A stretch of DNA of 64,000 bases from the human T2T-CHM13v2.0 reference genome, Homo sapiens, in the NCBI RefSeq assembly GCF_009914755.1, contig NC_060929.1; one strand, given 5' to 3'. The notes under the pieces are model-generated. The model did no database searches, was not told the origin of the DNA, and saw nothing but the letters and a program-made list of their open reading frames with translations. A program made the translations under genes and the position numbers. Of the stretch, positions 1 through 14,550 are shown piece by piece; the stretch's first letter is position 1, and each line of letters opens with the position of its first letter.

Positions 1-1144
<1,144 letters not shown>

Positions 1145-1558
1145 GAAAGTGACCATGAAAAATAAATTCGCTGGGGAGGGGGGCTCCATGCTGGTGTGGC
1201 CAAGGCTGAGAGCTCTCCCTTCTCTGTTACAAAAGGAGATAAGCAAGTGTTAGCATTGCCTTAAGTCCACACTGGCATCTCCCAGACCTTCTCCAGGGAC
1301 AGAAGCAGGAGTAAGTTTCTCATCCCATGGGCGACCAGGGCCATCTCCTCCCACCAGTGGCCCCCACTCACAGGGAGCTGGCAATGCCCTACCTGCCTGT
1401 TCTCCAGATGGAGAAACAGGCTCTGAGAGTTCAGAGGTCTTGCCCAAAGTCATTGATTTTGATGATTAAAAAGAATAAACACAGTGTTTCCTGAGTAGCA
1501 GTGATTGTTATGCCTTGCTATTTTAATAAAGATTCTATTTTCGTAAAAAAAAAAAAAA
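1145..1558 (+). other. L1 3'-transduced flank with its own poly(A) signal and second poly(A) tail
   Basis: About 400 bp of non-L1 sequence between the L1 A-tail and a second A14 tail (1545-1558). AATAAA at 1525-1530 lies 14 nt before that tail. A MIR-like piece sits at ~1404-1453. Confidence 0.85.
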
Positions 1559-2529
1559 GAAAAGAAATATCTCAGATGTTCACTATTTGAGAAATAGTAC
1601 AGAATACTCTGCAGCAATTTTTTAAGTTGACATAAATCTGCAACATGGAATATGTACTGATGGAAAAAAGAAAGTTGCAGACCAGTATGTCCTGTAGTGT
1701 TTGATTAATGTTTATTCTTTAAAAATAATAAACCAATTGCATATGTATTCTATAGTTTTATATAATCTTTAGGTTTATATATAAATTGATACATTTACAG
1801 AAATATCTGGAAGGATTTATGGCAAACTAATTGCATTATTTCCTTTGTCAGGTACCTAAGATAGAAGTGGAGTAGGAGAACCCTAACTTTACTATATTGT
1901 TTAAAGTTTTTACAAGAAAAGTATATTTATGTATTACTTATGTAAGTAAAAATTAATTTCAAGGTAGATAGCAAAACAAAAAAAAAGACATAGAATGGGA
2001 AAGTTATGTTGAAACTACATTTCGAGGCATCTGATGTACCAAGATAAGAGTTTGCACTTAATTCTATAAGCAGCAAGAAGGTATGAAGTGTGAATGGTCA
2101 TGACATGACCCAGTCTAGGCTATGATAGTGCCTCCTCCTATGGTTGTCATTGAGGATCGCGTAAGTAAACATAAATAAACCACCCAGACAGCATTTGACA
2201 TATGGTGAGTACTTTGTAAGTGTTAACTACTGCTATTGTTTCCTTCCCTTTGCTCCAGCCACATGAGCCTTTTTTTAATCTCATGAATATGCCAAGTTAT
2301 TTGAGGCCTCAAAGTTTTCATACATACTGTTCCTTATTATTTCTTTTTTCCCTCTCTTTCTCATCCTTCAGTGTTCAAATTAATATTACCAGCTCAGTGA
2401 GCCTTTCCCTTACCTGCACTTCTAAGTTGTTTCCCTGGCCCACTATGTGTGTCTGTGTCAAAGCATCCTGTTGGCTTTTATAGAACACTTGTCCCAATCT
2501 GTAATAAAGTCTGTGGAGAATAGGAATTG

Positions 2530-2720
2530 CTACTATTTATGGAGCACTTACTGTGTGCAGATATGTTTTTATGTGCTTTATATAAACTAATTCACTCCAA
2601 CATCCTAATAACCCTTTTAAGATGGCATTAGTATTATTCTTATTTTACAGATAAAGAAACTTATGAATAAGATAGAAATTTGATCAAGATCACAGCCTAT
2701 AAGTGTCAGAGCTTGGATTC
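2530..2720 (-). mobile_element. MIR SINE fragment
   Basis: MIR core-like attttacagataaagaaact...aagatcacagc. Confidence 0.65.
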
Positions 2721-3787
2721 CAGCCATTAGTACACCATAATACTTATTGAATGATGAATCAATTATGAATACAAAGCACTTTATAGTACTCTTGATGTCC
2801 TCATAATTAATTAATCCCATACATAGTACAAGTTGTTTCAGAATAAATGGGAGTGATTAGCCTAACTGATAGAGTCTCTAAGGGTAGGTCATATCCCTTA
2901 GGAGAAGGAGGCAGCTATTTTCTATGGTGAGGCAGTAAATTGAGCTTTGTGAAGCAGGGCTGATGGCAGAGTTGCAAAAGAGGAGCAGAGTGTGCTGGCA
3001 GAGATGTAGGAAACTCACCAGGCTCCAGACCACATTACCTGGTTCTTCAGAGACGGCTCCCTGCCAAGCCCAGTCACAGCCAGAGCTCCAAGAAAGGAGT
3101 TCTGGAGCAGTGAGAACTGGCTGCCCTGAGAGGGATGCCAAGGAAGTAAGAAAAAAACAGCCCTTGACTCAGACCAGGGAGATTTCTGTTTAATCCTGGC
3201 CTTTAGAAGCAAGACCTCCCGGAAAACCACACCTTTCCCTGAGTCCCTGTTAGGTGAATCCCAGCAGCAGCGAGCCATGACTCTGTTGTTTGCAGATGTC
3301 AGGAGGAAAAATAACCCTAATATAAAGGCAGCTCAATTAACTATCTTCTCCTCCTGTGCCTGGCACCTTATGGGAGCTTTAGATAAATTATCTCCTTTAA
3401 ATCTTTTAACAACTCTAGAGATTCCCGCAGCATTCATTTGCTCAATAAATAGGTATCAAGCACACGCTGTGTTGATGAAGTGGGCACTATTTTTAACTCT
3501 GTTTCACAGATGAGGAAAAAGAGATTTAGAGGGATTAAGTAACTTGCCCAACTTAGACATTGGCAGTTAGAACTTGAACTCAAATATACCTGATGCCAAC
3601 CCCCCTTCCTTCCCTCTACTCTGAATTACCTTCTAAACTTGAAACCAGAATTTATTTCTATTTATGTATCAGGTACTGTACAATAATCATAATTAGGAAT
3701 TATTCAATGAAATAATGGTTCCTTGCTGATAATAAATATTCAGTAAAGATTAGTTTGTGTTATTCTACATATTATATATTTATACAT

Positions 3788-4254
3788 TGTGATGGTTAAT
3801 CTAGGTGCCAGCTCGTCTAGGCCACAGTTCTCAGCTATTTGGTCAAACATATCTGGATGTTGCAGTGAAAGGATTCTTTAGATGAGAACAACACTTCAAT
3901 CTGTAGACTTTGAGTGAAGCAATTTGCCTTCAGTCTTGTGGAAGGGCCTTATCTAATCAGCTAAGAGCCTTCAGAGGAAAAAGGATGAGGTCTCCCAAGG
4001 AAGAGAGAATTCTGCCAGTGGACCACCTTCAGATTCAAACTGCAATATCAGCTCTTCCCTGGGTCTCTAGCATGCCAGTTAACCTGGCAGGTTTTGGGTT
4101 TGCCAACTCCACAACCAAGTGACCAAATTCCCTAAAATCTCTCTCTGTGTCTCTGTGTATAGAGGTACAGATAAAAATAGAGGCAGAGATAGAGATATCT
4201 GTAGCCTGTAGATATACATCCTGTTGGTTCTATCATCAGAAGCTTCGCTACTAC
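3788..4254 (+). mobile_element. MLT2-type (ERVL) solo LTR
   Basis: Starts tgtgatggttaat, contains tttggtcaaacat...ggatgttgc.gtga, and ends atcctgttggttct...ctactaca, as in MLT2 LTRs. Confidence 0.7.
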
Positions 4255-4461
4255 AAATATATATTCATAATAATAACAGTAATTGGATGAGCAGATAAAA
4301 GGAATGTCTATATGAGATGCAAAGAATGTATACTGCCTGAATTCTTCTAGAAATCCAGCTTCTAATGAAAAATATTGCCTATGATATTGCCTACAATTGT
4401 CACAAACAGGTCCCCTTGTATGAAAAGAGCTGATTTTCCTAATATAGTTACAAGATCCATA

Positions 4462-4603
4462 TTTTTTTCTCAGACAGTCTCGCTATTGCCCAGACGAGAG
4501 TGCAGTAGTGCAAACACAGCTCACTGCAGCCTCAAACTCCTGGGTTCAAGTGATCCTCTCGCCTCATCCTCCAAAGTAGCTGGGCTTACAGGCATGCATC
4601 ACC
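4462..4603 (-). mobile_element. Old Alu monomer (FRAM/AluJ arm)
   Basis: T-tract followed by gctcactgcagcctcaaactcctgggttcaagtgatcc...agctgggcttacaggcatgc. Confidence 0.85.
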
Positions 4604-7600
4604 ATTTCTCCTCTCCCTCCACATTTATTTCCCCATGCACAAATTGAAGACCTCATGACATTTGCATGACAAATGCAGGAATGAAGGAGGGGTGCACTCT
4701 CAGTCTGAGCAGGATGGCTGGCAACCTTGCAGGTAGCTGCAAAAGAGCACCTGTCTGAAAGCCAGGATCCCAGCATTGCCACCCACCAGCTGGGTAACCT
4801 GGGCCAGATCTCTTTCACGGTCTAAACTTTAGTTTCTTATGTACTAAAAAAGCAATAATAGTCAATATTCTGAGGCTTATTGTAAAAATTAAAATAAAAT
4901 CCCACATGGGATAGTATTTTCTGAATGGCAGTGTTTTCCTCAAAGAAAGAGCAGGCCAAGCTGAGGAGTGAATAGAAGCTGTTTCTGGGCTCGGGTCGGA
5001 GCAGGGTCAGCCCTGGCAGTGTTATGGGGTCAGTGCAGATGGTTCACAGCCACGGCTCATGTGCCTCACGCTGCTAAACAGGGGAACATTGATCTGATCA
5101 CAACCCCTTTGATGGCACTGCTTTCAGGTTCTGAAATACCCAGTCTCATTTTCCCTTCATAATAGCCCTCCAAGGTAGGCAGCCCAGGGAAGGGGGGATC
5201 CTCATGTCTACACCACAAGTTGGAGGCAGAGCAGAGCCCATGAGACTCAAAGCCCAGCATCTGTCCTCCTCAGCAGAAGGTAAGGGCACTGACGTTCAGA
5301 ACTTAACCTCTTGATCGAGGGGCCAGTAGAGCAAAAGGACATCAGCCACAAACTCTCCCTCCAAAGTTGAGTGTCTCACCACTGCAGGGGAACTGGGAGA
5401 CAGATAAAGACTGGAAGGAGAAATTAATTTGAAAGAACAGGAAAGCATCAGCCAGATCCTAATCAGAGAATCAGGCTGCTGGCAGAACTGCAAGTCATTT
5501 ATCAAACGCCTCCTGAAACTCAATGTATCACTTTTCCTCTTATCTTAGGATTTGGGGGAAATGAAATACATTTTTATATGACAAAATTCAGCCACTAACT
5601 GACTCTATAACATTGAGCAAGTCATGGAGCCTCTCTGAGCATCTGTTTCTCTTCCTCAAAATAACAAAGTTGTACAAAATCAGAGTTTCCCAAACTTCAG
5701 GTATGAGATTTCTGGGATCATGAGTTTCCATACATAAGCACCACAGCTGCTATTTTTAACCTAATATTGCTTTTTGCAGGTATTTATTGTAAAAGGAAAT
5801 GATCACCTCATAAATGTAAAAGCACAACCTTTGGGGTTCATAATTTATTATAATGAATACATAGTTCTTGCAACTGAAAAAACTCTCACCTGCCAGGCTC
5901 CTTCAAGCATCCCTCAGACTCTCGTTGGAAAACTCTTGGCCTAGATGATCCCTGAAGGCCCTCCAGCCCTGGCATTCCACTGTGAAAATCCCAGATCCCT
6001 GGCAGCCTGGATAACCCCTGGGGAAGTTTTCTGACAGTGTGCATGAGATTAGCTCCCTCTGCATGTTCCTATCAAGGCATTTATTGTGCTTTTCTGTAAC
6101 CCTAGTGAAGTCTGTCATCCCTGGTAAAGGCAGTGGCTGAGCGTATTGCCCATCACTGGGTTTGAGTAACGGTGCTGGCACAGTGAGCCACTTAATAATG
6201 TTACTTCACATCTCCAAGACTCAGTTCCTTTGTCCACAAAAATGAGGTTAATTGTTCTTCAGTAAATGGAATCTCAAAACCAAAAAAAATGTCAGAATTC
6301 ACTTGGGTGGGGAAGGCGGAAGAGATGTAAAATGGTGGCCCAGAAATGTTGGAGTCAAGAGAAGAATTTGCCAATTGGAGGAGAGGAGCATGTTTAAAAG
6401 CAAAAGCAAAGAAGCCACCCCACTCATGGCACTCAGTATGATTATAATGACTCCAGCTGATACTTAGTTAGTGGTTACTATTGTGTGAAGTGCTTTTTAA
6501 GCTTGATTTTATTTAGTCCTCACAGTCATTATTATTCCCACTTTACACAAGAGGAAGTTACAGTCCATTGAGATGATGTGTCTTGTCCAAGAACACAACT
6601 AGAAAGTGGCAGAGCAGGGACTTGAACTCAAATGACTCCAGGAACCATGTTCTCATCCCCGATGGCAGGGGGTTACTGAAACAGGTTCTGTGATCACTAC
6701 TCCTGCAGGTCCTGAGCTAGCTGCCCAGTCTGCTCCACAGGCTCTGTCACTTGTCCTATGACCAACTGAATAAGATTCCTGATAAGACATTCACAGCACA
6801 GGCCTTAGCTCTCTTGCAACAGTCAACTTCCTTTTGAGTCTTCTCCCCTCCTATCTTTTCCTTCTGATGCCTCATGAATGCATCAATAGATTAATGTACC
6901 CTGGCCACACTCTTCATTTTGTCACAGGAAGCCAGTACCCCTTCTCCTGCCAAGGAGTGGCAGTGACTCTGGGTGACCTATGCCAAAAGCAACTTGGTGG
7001 CTTCTTAATGGAGTTCCACAGTGGGGCTTCAAGGAAAGAGCCATGCCAAGAGAGGGAGTCTGCTTCATCTTTACTATACGGTCGGTAACTCGGAAATGAC
7101 CAGCCTGTCTTACAGCTCTAGTGGAGGTCAAAGGAGAGAGAGTGAATAATATTCATGTACACACATGAAGTATACATGAAGTGTACCTGTCAACAAAATT
7201 CATATGTACAATGAAGAATTACACTAAAAGCAATGCTTTTCTCCAGCACTTATAACTACCTCTTCTCCCTTCTTCTCTTCCATGGGTCCTTTCTTCCATT
7301 ATTACTGATCTCCTGTTTCTGTCATTTTTATTTTGTCTCCCAAGTCCCTCTGAATTCCATCTCCTTCCTCTCCACCAATGCAAATTATAGGGCATCTTTA
7401 GGCCCTAAATCCAGTTGCTTGTTCTCTCTGATCCAACAGGTTGGGTCAGTGATTTGGCATGACTTGGAGTAGCCACCAGAGAAAAGAGACCTCTCACCTT
7501 AGTGCTTACTTACCTTGCCTTGGTCAAAACTGAGTCCTCATTACCTCTCTCTCTCTCCCAGAGATCTCCAACCATCCTGGGACAGGTAAAAGCTAAATGG

Positions 7601-8167
7601 GTCAGCATCTCCACAGTTAGTCTTCTCTGTTCACAAGCCTCTCACCAGGCATCCACGTCAGGGTGGCCATAGCTCTAAGGACCATTGCCCTCAGTTGGGT
7701 CTGCCCTGGGCCAGCCTGCAACTGCCCTACAAATGGGAAAATTATAGATGAGCCAGGAGACTGGAGCAGCAGGTCAAGGAGATAAGGGCTCTGAATGAAA
7801 TATTCCTTGCCGAGGGCCAAGACTTTTCCATGATTCAAGATATCTCCACCCGAGCTCTTTTGCAACCCAGAATGAGGGGGATCAGAGTGTTCCCAACCCC
7901 ACAGATTGTTGTCCTTGGCAGGAGCCATGGGATTGAAGCCTCCTCAGCAATGGCAAATTCAAGGGCATTAGACATTTAGCTGCATTTGGGGGACAACGGG
8001 CCAGGGCTCACCTGTCCCAGATGGGCAGTGATTATAAACCTGACGATAAATAAATGCTTTATCCTGAAGGAGCTTAACTCTGAGCTTTGAAATTTAATTC
8101 TTTATGCCTCTGCCACAGATCTTCTCCTCTCCCCTCTCTGGAAATGAAGGCTGTAGATTTTCTACAA

Positions 8168-9234
8168 TATCAGGGAACCTGCCCCGATAGTCACATAGGT
8201 TCTTTTCTATTTTCCCTAAGCATCAGCTGGGTTGAGAAATAAAGGGACAGAGTACAAAAGAGAGAAATTTTAAAGCTGGGCATCCAGGGGAGACAGCACA
8301 TGTCGGTAGGTTCCGTGATGCCCCCTGAGCCATAAAACCAGCAAGTTTTTATTAGGGACTTTCAAAAAGGGAGGGAGTGTATGAATAGGGTGTGGGTCAT
8401 GAAGATCACTTACTTCACAAGGTAACAGAATATCACAAGGCAAATGGAGGCAGGGCGAGATCACAGGACCACAGGACTGGGGTGAAATTAAAATTGCCAA
8501 CGAAGTTTCTGACACCACTGCCATTGATAACATCTTATCAGGAGACAGGATTTGAGAGCAACCGGTCTGACCAAAATTTATTAGGTGGGAATTTCCTCTT
8601 CCTAACAAGCCTGGGAGTGCTATGGGAGACTGGGGTTTATTTCATCCCTACAGTTTCGACCATAGAAGATGGCCACACCCAAGGGGGCCGTTTTAGAGAC
8701 CCACCCTCAGGGGCGCATTCTCCTTCTCAGGGATGTCCCTTGCTGAGAAAAAGAATTCAGCGATATTTCTCCATTTGCTTTTGAAAGAAGAGAAATATGG
8801 CTCTGTTCCACCAGCCTCACCGGCGGTCAGAGTTTAAGGTTATCTCTCTTATTCTCTGAACATTGCTGTTATCCTGTTCTTTTTTCAAGGTGCCCAGATT
8901 TCATATTGTTCAAACACACATGCTCTACAATTTGTGCAGTTAACGTAATTATCACAGGGTCCTGAGGAAACATACATCATCCTCAGCTGACAGGATTAAG
9001 AGATTAAAGTAAAGACAGGCATAGGAAATCACAAGGGTATTGATTGGGGAAGTGATAAGTGTCCATGATATCTTCACAATTTATGTTTAGAGATTGCAGT
9101 AAAGACAGGCATAAGAAATTATAAAAGTATTAATTTGGGGAACTAATAAATGTCCATGAAATCTTCACAATCCATATTCTTCTCCCATGGCTTCAGCCAG
9201 TCCCTCCATTCGGGGTCCCTGACCTCCCGCAACA
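8168..9234 (-). mobile_element. MER11 solo LTR (HERV-K11/HML-8), probably MER11C by length
   Basis: The reverse complement begins TGTTGCGGGAGGTCAGGGACCCCGAATGGAGGG and carries the duplicated AAATTGTGAAGAT block. Length is 1067 bp, flanked by a TACAA direct repeat (8163-8167 and 9235-9239). Confidence 0.9.
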
Positions 9235-9541
9235 TACAAAGCTGGATTCCAGGTGTTTTCAATTCATTATTTAATTAATCAGTCTGCAAAGTATATAGTT
9301 AGGTATGCCCATCATTTAGGAAAATTAACACACAAGAACCAAAGAACTATACTTTGGTATAGAAATTCACATTACAAATGGGGCTTCTTTAAAGTGAGAG
9401 CCCTAAGTATACTCAGGATATGATTTGAATTGTAAAATATCTTTGCTTAACCACAACTCTTTTGGAATACACATAGAGCACACAATGAAGACCAGTTCAA
9501 AGCCTGAGTGTCACAGATCCTTTCTACAAGACGATCTAGGG

Positions 9542-9700
9542 AAATGGTTCCCAGACCTCAGCATGCATCAGAGTCACCTAGACAGCTCATTAACATGCAG
9601 ATTCCTGGGCCCTCCTCCAGAGCTGCCTTATCATTATCTCTGGGGGTGGAGCCCAGTAGTTTCTCTACTTAAGCAACTCTCCAGGTGACTGGATGCAGGC
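9542..9700. mobile_element. MER5-type hAT/Charlie DNA transposon fragment
   Basis: tgcatcagagtcacct...atgcagattcctgggcc...aagcaactctccaggtga. Confidence 0.7.
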
Positions 9701-10631
9701 AGTCCAAGAGCCACACCTGTGCTAGGTCTTAAAGCTGCAGTACTCCTATGCCTGGAACAAAGCCACCCCACAGCTCCTGGCCCATTGCTCAGTGTGAGGC
9801 CATCCATGTGGAAGCCCCCTTTCACTCAAGAGCTGGACCCCAGGCTCCTTTGACACCAGCTGCAAATGCCACACACCAGCTGCCCCAGATAGCTCAGGTA
9901 CAAGCCCCTCCTAATCAAAACCTCAGGCTTGAAATGCGTGCACAATTACACAGATGGCAAAGCAGAAGGCCACAGGGGAGACGGGACTCACCCAGCAGCA
10001 GTGGGCAAGCCAGAGAGCCATGTGGGGCAGAAGGTCTGCTCTTCTGGTCCCTCTGCCAGCCCTGCACAGCCTCCAGGTTTCTGCTACATGGCTCTTCCTC
10101 TCAGGATGAACTTGAGAATGAATTAGGTGTTCCTGTTATTATCTGTCTCCAAACATTGTCTTTCTCCTTCACACCAATCACAGTTGGTAGCTATGTAGTA
10201 TTTTTTGACATTTGTCTTTCTAACTAGACGATGGACTTATTGAGACAGGAGCCTGTTTTGTACCCCAGAGTGTCTAGCACCTAAACAGTGCCCAGCGCAT
10301 AGTAGAAAGTCAATAAATATGGACAGACAGAAGTTAAAATGATCTCTTCTACATAATAGAAAATAGAAATATTGAAAAAAAAAAAAAAAGAGAGAGAGGT
10401 TTGTCATGGCTAGAAACAAGTCTATGCCATGAAGCCCTGGGAGGCAGAGGGAACTTGCTCTCCCTCAGGCCTCAGTGTCCAGACTGAACTAAACAGTCTC
10501 TCCCTAGCCTTCCAACTCATAACAGTCTATAGACTTTAAAGAATGGATTGAATAGAAAATGACTGAACATTAGACTTCCACCTCTCTACAGGGGGTTGGG
10601 GTCCTAGAGGCCACCCGGCTTTATGGCTTCC

Positions 10632-10650
10632 CAGCTCCCTCTAGTGGCCA
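10632..10650 (-). promoter_or_regulatory. Candidate CTCF site
   Basis: Minus strand reads TGGCCACTAGAGGGAGCTG, close to the CCASYAGRKGGCRS core. Motif evidence only. Confidence 0.55.
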
Positions 10651-13104
10651 GGGCCATGTTACACTACAATTTTGTGATGGTCTTTGCTTATCAAATTGAG
10701 CTGCAATCAGTTATTTAGCTGAGTTAATAAATGAGTGTTATTAAACTGAGTTTAAGTTAGTTTAGAGGTCTGGCTTGAATATAATTAGTAACTTACATAC
10801 ATGTGGAGAGTATTAAACCCATTGAGTTCGTCGTTTATTAATTCAGCATCTCATGGCCCAGTGCCTAATCTATACCTGGGACAGTGCCAGGTGAAAGGAT
10901 ATAGCAATGAGCATGTCAGGGATCTCCACTGCCCATGGTGCTTATATCCTAGGGAGGGAAGGAGATATTCAGAAATTATGCAAAAGTGAGGTGTACACCA
11001 GTGGGGTGAGAGTCAAGAAGGAAATATGCAGAGCATTCATGTAGAATACAAGTGGTGGCCCCTCTTCAGGAAGGCTTCTCTGAAGAAACAACGTTTCAGC
11101 TTGGGTTTGAAACATGAGGAATAATTATCAAGGCAAAAGTGGGGAGACGGATTGGAAGGAAGGAAAAGGCAAGGAACTCTAGGCAAGAAAGAGCCCCATG
11201 AGCTTGAGGTAGTGACAGCGGGCCAGGGTTGCCTGGGTAATGAGCAGAAGACAAGGCTGAAGAAGTAGGTGGTGTTATTATTCCCATCAGTTTCCCACTA
11301 ATGTGGAAACTGAGGCCCGGAGATGTGACATGAGCTGGTCATAGTGATGCAGCTTCTGGGTAGTGATAGAGAAAAGGGGGCCTGGGGCAGCCAGAGTGGA
11401 TACTGCAGGATGGAAAGAGCTGGGCCAGGGAGACAGAGGCATGGGGTGGTTTGTGGGAGGGAGGGGGGCACACAGTTCCCAGTGTTCAGACAGCAGTTCT
11501 GGGAGGGATTCAGCGGTCATCTAGGCCTCCTTGTCCATGTGCCAGGGGAGAAAGCAGTGAACAGCAAATCTCCTTCACCCACATCCCCAGTACCCAGGCC
11601 TGCAGCAGCTGGGTCTGCATCACTGCTCCCCAGAGACACTCCCACCAGGCTCCCGCAGCCTCATGCAAAGCCCCAGTTCCCGTGAGCACCTCCATCTCTC
11701 ATCCAAACTGTCCTCTCTCAGCCCATGGGCTCTTCAGTCCCAGGCTCTGTTGCCATCACCCTAGGGAGCAGTCCTCAGGAATGAGCTGTGCATGACGGGA
11801 CCCTGCCCTCCCTGCCACCACCCCCACCCCGCTGCTGCCACTCTGAACTCCTGCCATGTCTCTCCTTTTGAGGTCTGCCCACTGACTGTTCTCCTCCTTC
11901 ATACCACATTTCCCCATCTCCTAGCCTGGCTCATCCTCCAGATCTTGGCTTAGACATCCCTTCTTCCAGAAGCCAGCACCACTCTCCCTGGAACTCCTCT
12001 TCTGAATCCCCCTGGAGCACTGATCACACTGCATATTGGTTTCCTATTTCCTTGTCCACCTCCCCAGCTAAACTTGAGCACCCCCAGGTCAAGGACTACG
12101 TCTATCCCATTTTCTCCTATGTCCCAAGCAGCTAACACGGTGCCTGGCACTTAGAAAGTGCCCAGAACTATTTCTTAAATAAATGAATGAATTAAAATAA
12201 ATGACTCTAAGCTGAGCCACCTGCTTTTTACCACCAGGCATTGTGTTTCTCATCTCCATCTGCCCATCAACCTCTGCCTTCATTATGTCTAACAAGGGGT
12301 TCCCTACTGCTGTAAAATAAAGAAAGCAGTCTGCCTCAGCCCAGACAGTGACTGGTCAGTCCTACTCATGGCAACTGCTGGTGTCCCCTAACTTCCCAGG
12401 AGAAAGTGCAGTCAGAAGCAATAAGGAGTTGTCTACATTTCAGGCTTGTTAGACATTCTCTCCCCCCAAAACGTGTTTTCCTGGTGACTAGGAATGCATT
12501 TCAAAGTTAGATTTTTTTTTTTTTTTACCAATTTATACAGCATTCTGAGGCTTGGCTTCCTCTGAGTGAGGCTCCAAATCATTAGAGACCCCGTGGCTAA
12601 AAACCCCATAGGAGACATCTTGTGCAGGGTAACCCCAATATGAACAAGCTTATTCTTCAGCTTGCATGCAAATGAGATCCTGGTGGTTCTGTTCAATCAA
12701 TGGCATCTAGGTATTGAAGACATACTATGTGCCAGTCTGCATCAAATGATTCTGATCTGTGGAGAAGAGTCAGCTTTATCCCTGCCTTTCACAGAAGTGG
12801 CCTTCTAGCAGGAATTGTAGAATTAAGCAACTTATTACAATTATTCAATGACATGCAATGAGATGCAAGCTGAGGAGGATCCCTGAGCACCCTGAAGCTC
12901 CCTAGAGTGATGGCAACAGAGCCTGGGACTGAAGTACCTATGGGCTGAGAGAGGACAGTTTGGATGAGAGGTGGAGGTGCTAGGTGCCAAGATAGCTCAG
13001 CCTGAGTGTCCTGGCCTGAGTCAAAGTGGCTGCCCTAAAGCTGTGACCTTTGGCCTGAGAGCTAAAGGATGTGTAGGTGTTCACCAGGCTAAGGAAGGGA
13101 GAGA

Positions 13105-13530
13105 GTGTGTGCAGATGCAATGTGTGTGTGCACAGGCATATGTGTGTGCATGTGTGTGTGTGCATATGCATGTGAGCATGTGTATGCTACAAGTGTATTG
13201 TGTGTGACGCATGTGTCCATGCATGTGTGTGCATGTGTAAGAGCATCTGTATGCCACAAGTATGTTGTTTGTGCATGTGTATGTTACAAGTGCATGTGTG
13301 TGTGGGTTGCAGATGCATATATGAAAACATAGATGCCACGAGTATATTGTCCATATGTGTATGTCCATGTGAGAGCATATGCAGGTGCATGTATGTGAGC
13401 ATGTGTGTACAAGTATATTGTGTGTACATGTGTGTGCACGTGTGTATGAGTGTACATATGCCACAAGTACATGTGCGTGCAGGTTTCAGGAGCATGTATG
13501 TGTGTATGTGTTTGTGTGTCCCAAGTGCCT
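13105..13530. repeat. Degenerate (TG/TA/CA) alternating purine-pyrimidine low-complexity tract
   Basis: About 425 bp of tgtg/tgca/tatg with a recurring ATGCCACAAGT-like anchor. It generates the cluster of spurious ORFs here. Confidence 0.9.
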
Positions 13531-13689
13531 GCGTACCACTTATAGACACTCTTCAGCCTTTACATCTCCTTCCTATCACAAGGCAGTCATTGCGAAGTGG
13601 ATTTCAAGCCTTCTCCATATGGTGCAGTGTTTCCAAGCCTCTTTTGGATCATGGATCATTTCAATTAACAACATAACAACAACAGCTAT

Positions 13690-14550
13690 TCCATATTAAC
13701 TGCATGGCAGTCATTGTGCCAGACATTTAATGTGTGTTCTCTCATTTTCTTCTCCAGCAAACCCAAGAGGCAGGCCTATGGTTATTGTTCCATTCTACAG
13801 AAGAAGAAACACAGGCTCAGGGAGAGGAAGGCTCTTTCCCATGGTGGCCCTGAGCACAGGTCTGTATGATCCAAAGTATATGCTCTAATCCACTAAACTC
13901 TTTCCTGCCACCAGAGCAAGTGACACACCAGATTGACCTTATAGCAGGTCCCCCTCCCACTGTTAACTACAACATTCTCCTAGCAGTGAATGAAAAGTCT
14001 TCAATGAAGTTCTGTTCCAGCTCAACCACTGATTCACTGTGTGACACTGGAAAAGTCCCCCATTCTTTGTTGCCCTGGAGCTTGCTGAGCTCTATCACTC
14101 TACATGAAGCGCTTAACACCACCATCCACAGATGGCAGGCAGGTTAAATAATCTCATGAAATCCCTGTTTCCTCATCGCTAAAATGGAGCTAACAATGGT
14201 GCACTCCTGATAGTACTGTGGAGGGATTGACCAAGCTCATGTGTGAAGAATGCTCAGCCCTGTGACTGCCTCACAATGTATGCCCAATAAACTGCAGCTG
14301 TCGCTGATGCTGAGAACACAGGAGAGCCAGAGAGCTGAGAGCACCAGCTTGGGAATCAAGTGGACCTGGATTCAAATGATTAAAATGTTCACTTTGCCTT
14401 CTAATGGCCGCGTGACCTTGGCAAAAGTTATTTAGCTGTCAACTTTTCCTTGCTTGTAAAATAGGAATTAAAATAGCACCTACTTCATAGGTGTGTTTGA
14501 GGAATACATGAGATAATACACATAGCATTGCCCTATGAATGTTAGTTAAC
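13690..14550. mobile_element. Cluster of MIR fragments in both orientations
   Basis: cattctacagaagaagaaacacaggctcag; tttcctcatcgctaaaatgg; gtgaccttggcaaaagttattt...tgtaaaatagg. Confidence 0.65.

Noticed and set aside
12971-13699. Dense stack of C/V/M/H/T-rich ORFs
   Set aside because: Artefact of TG/CA low-complexity sequence.
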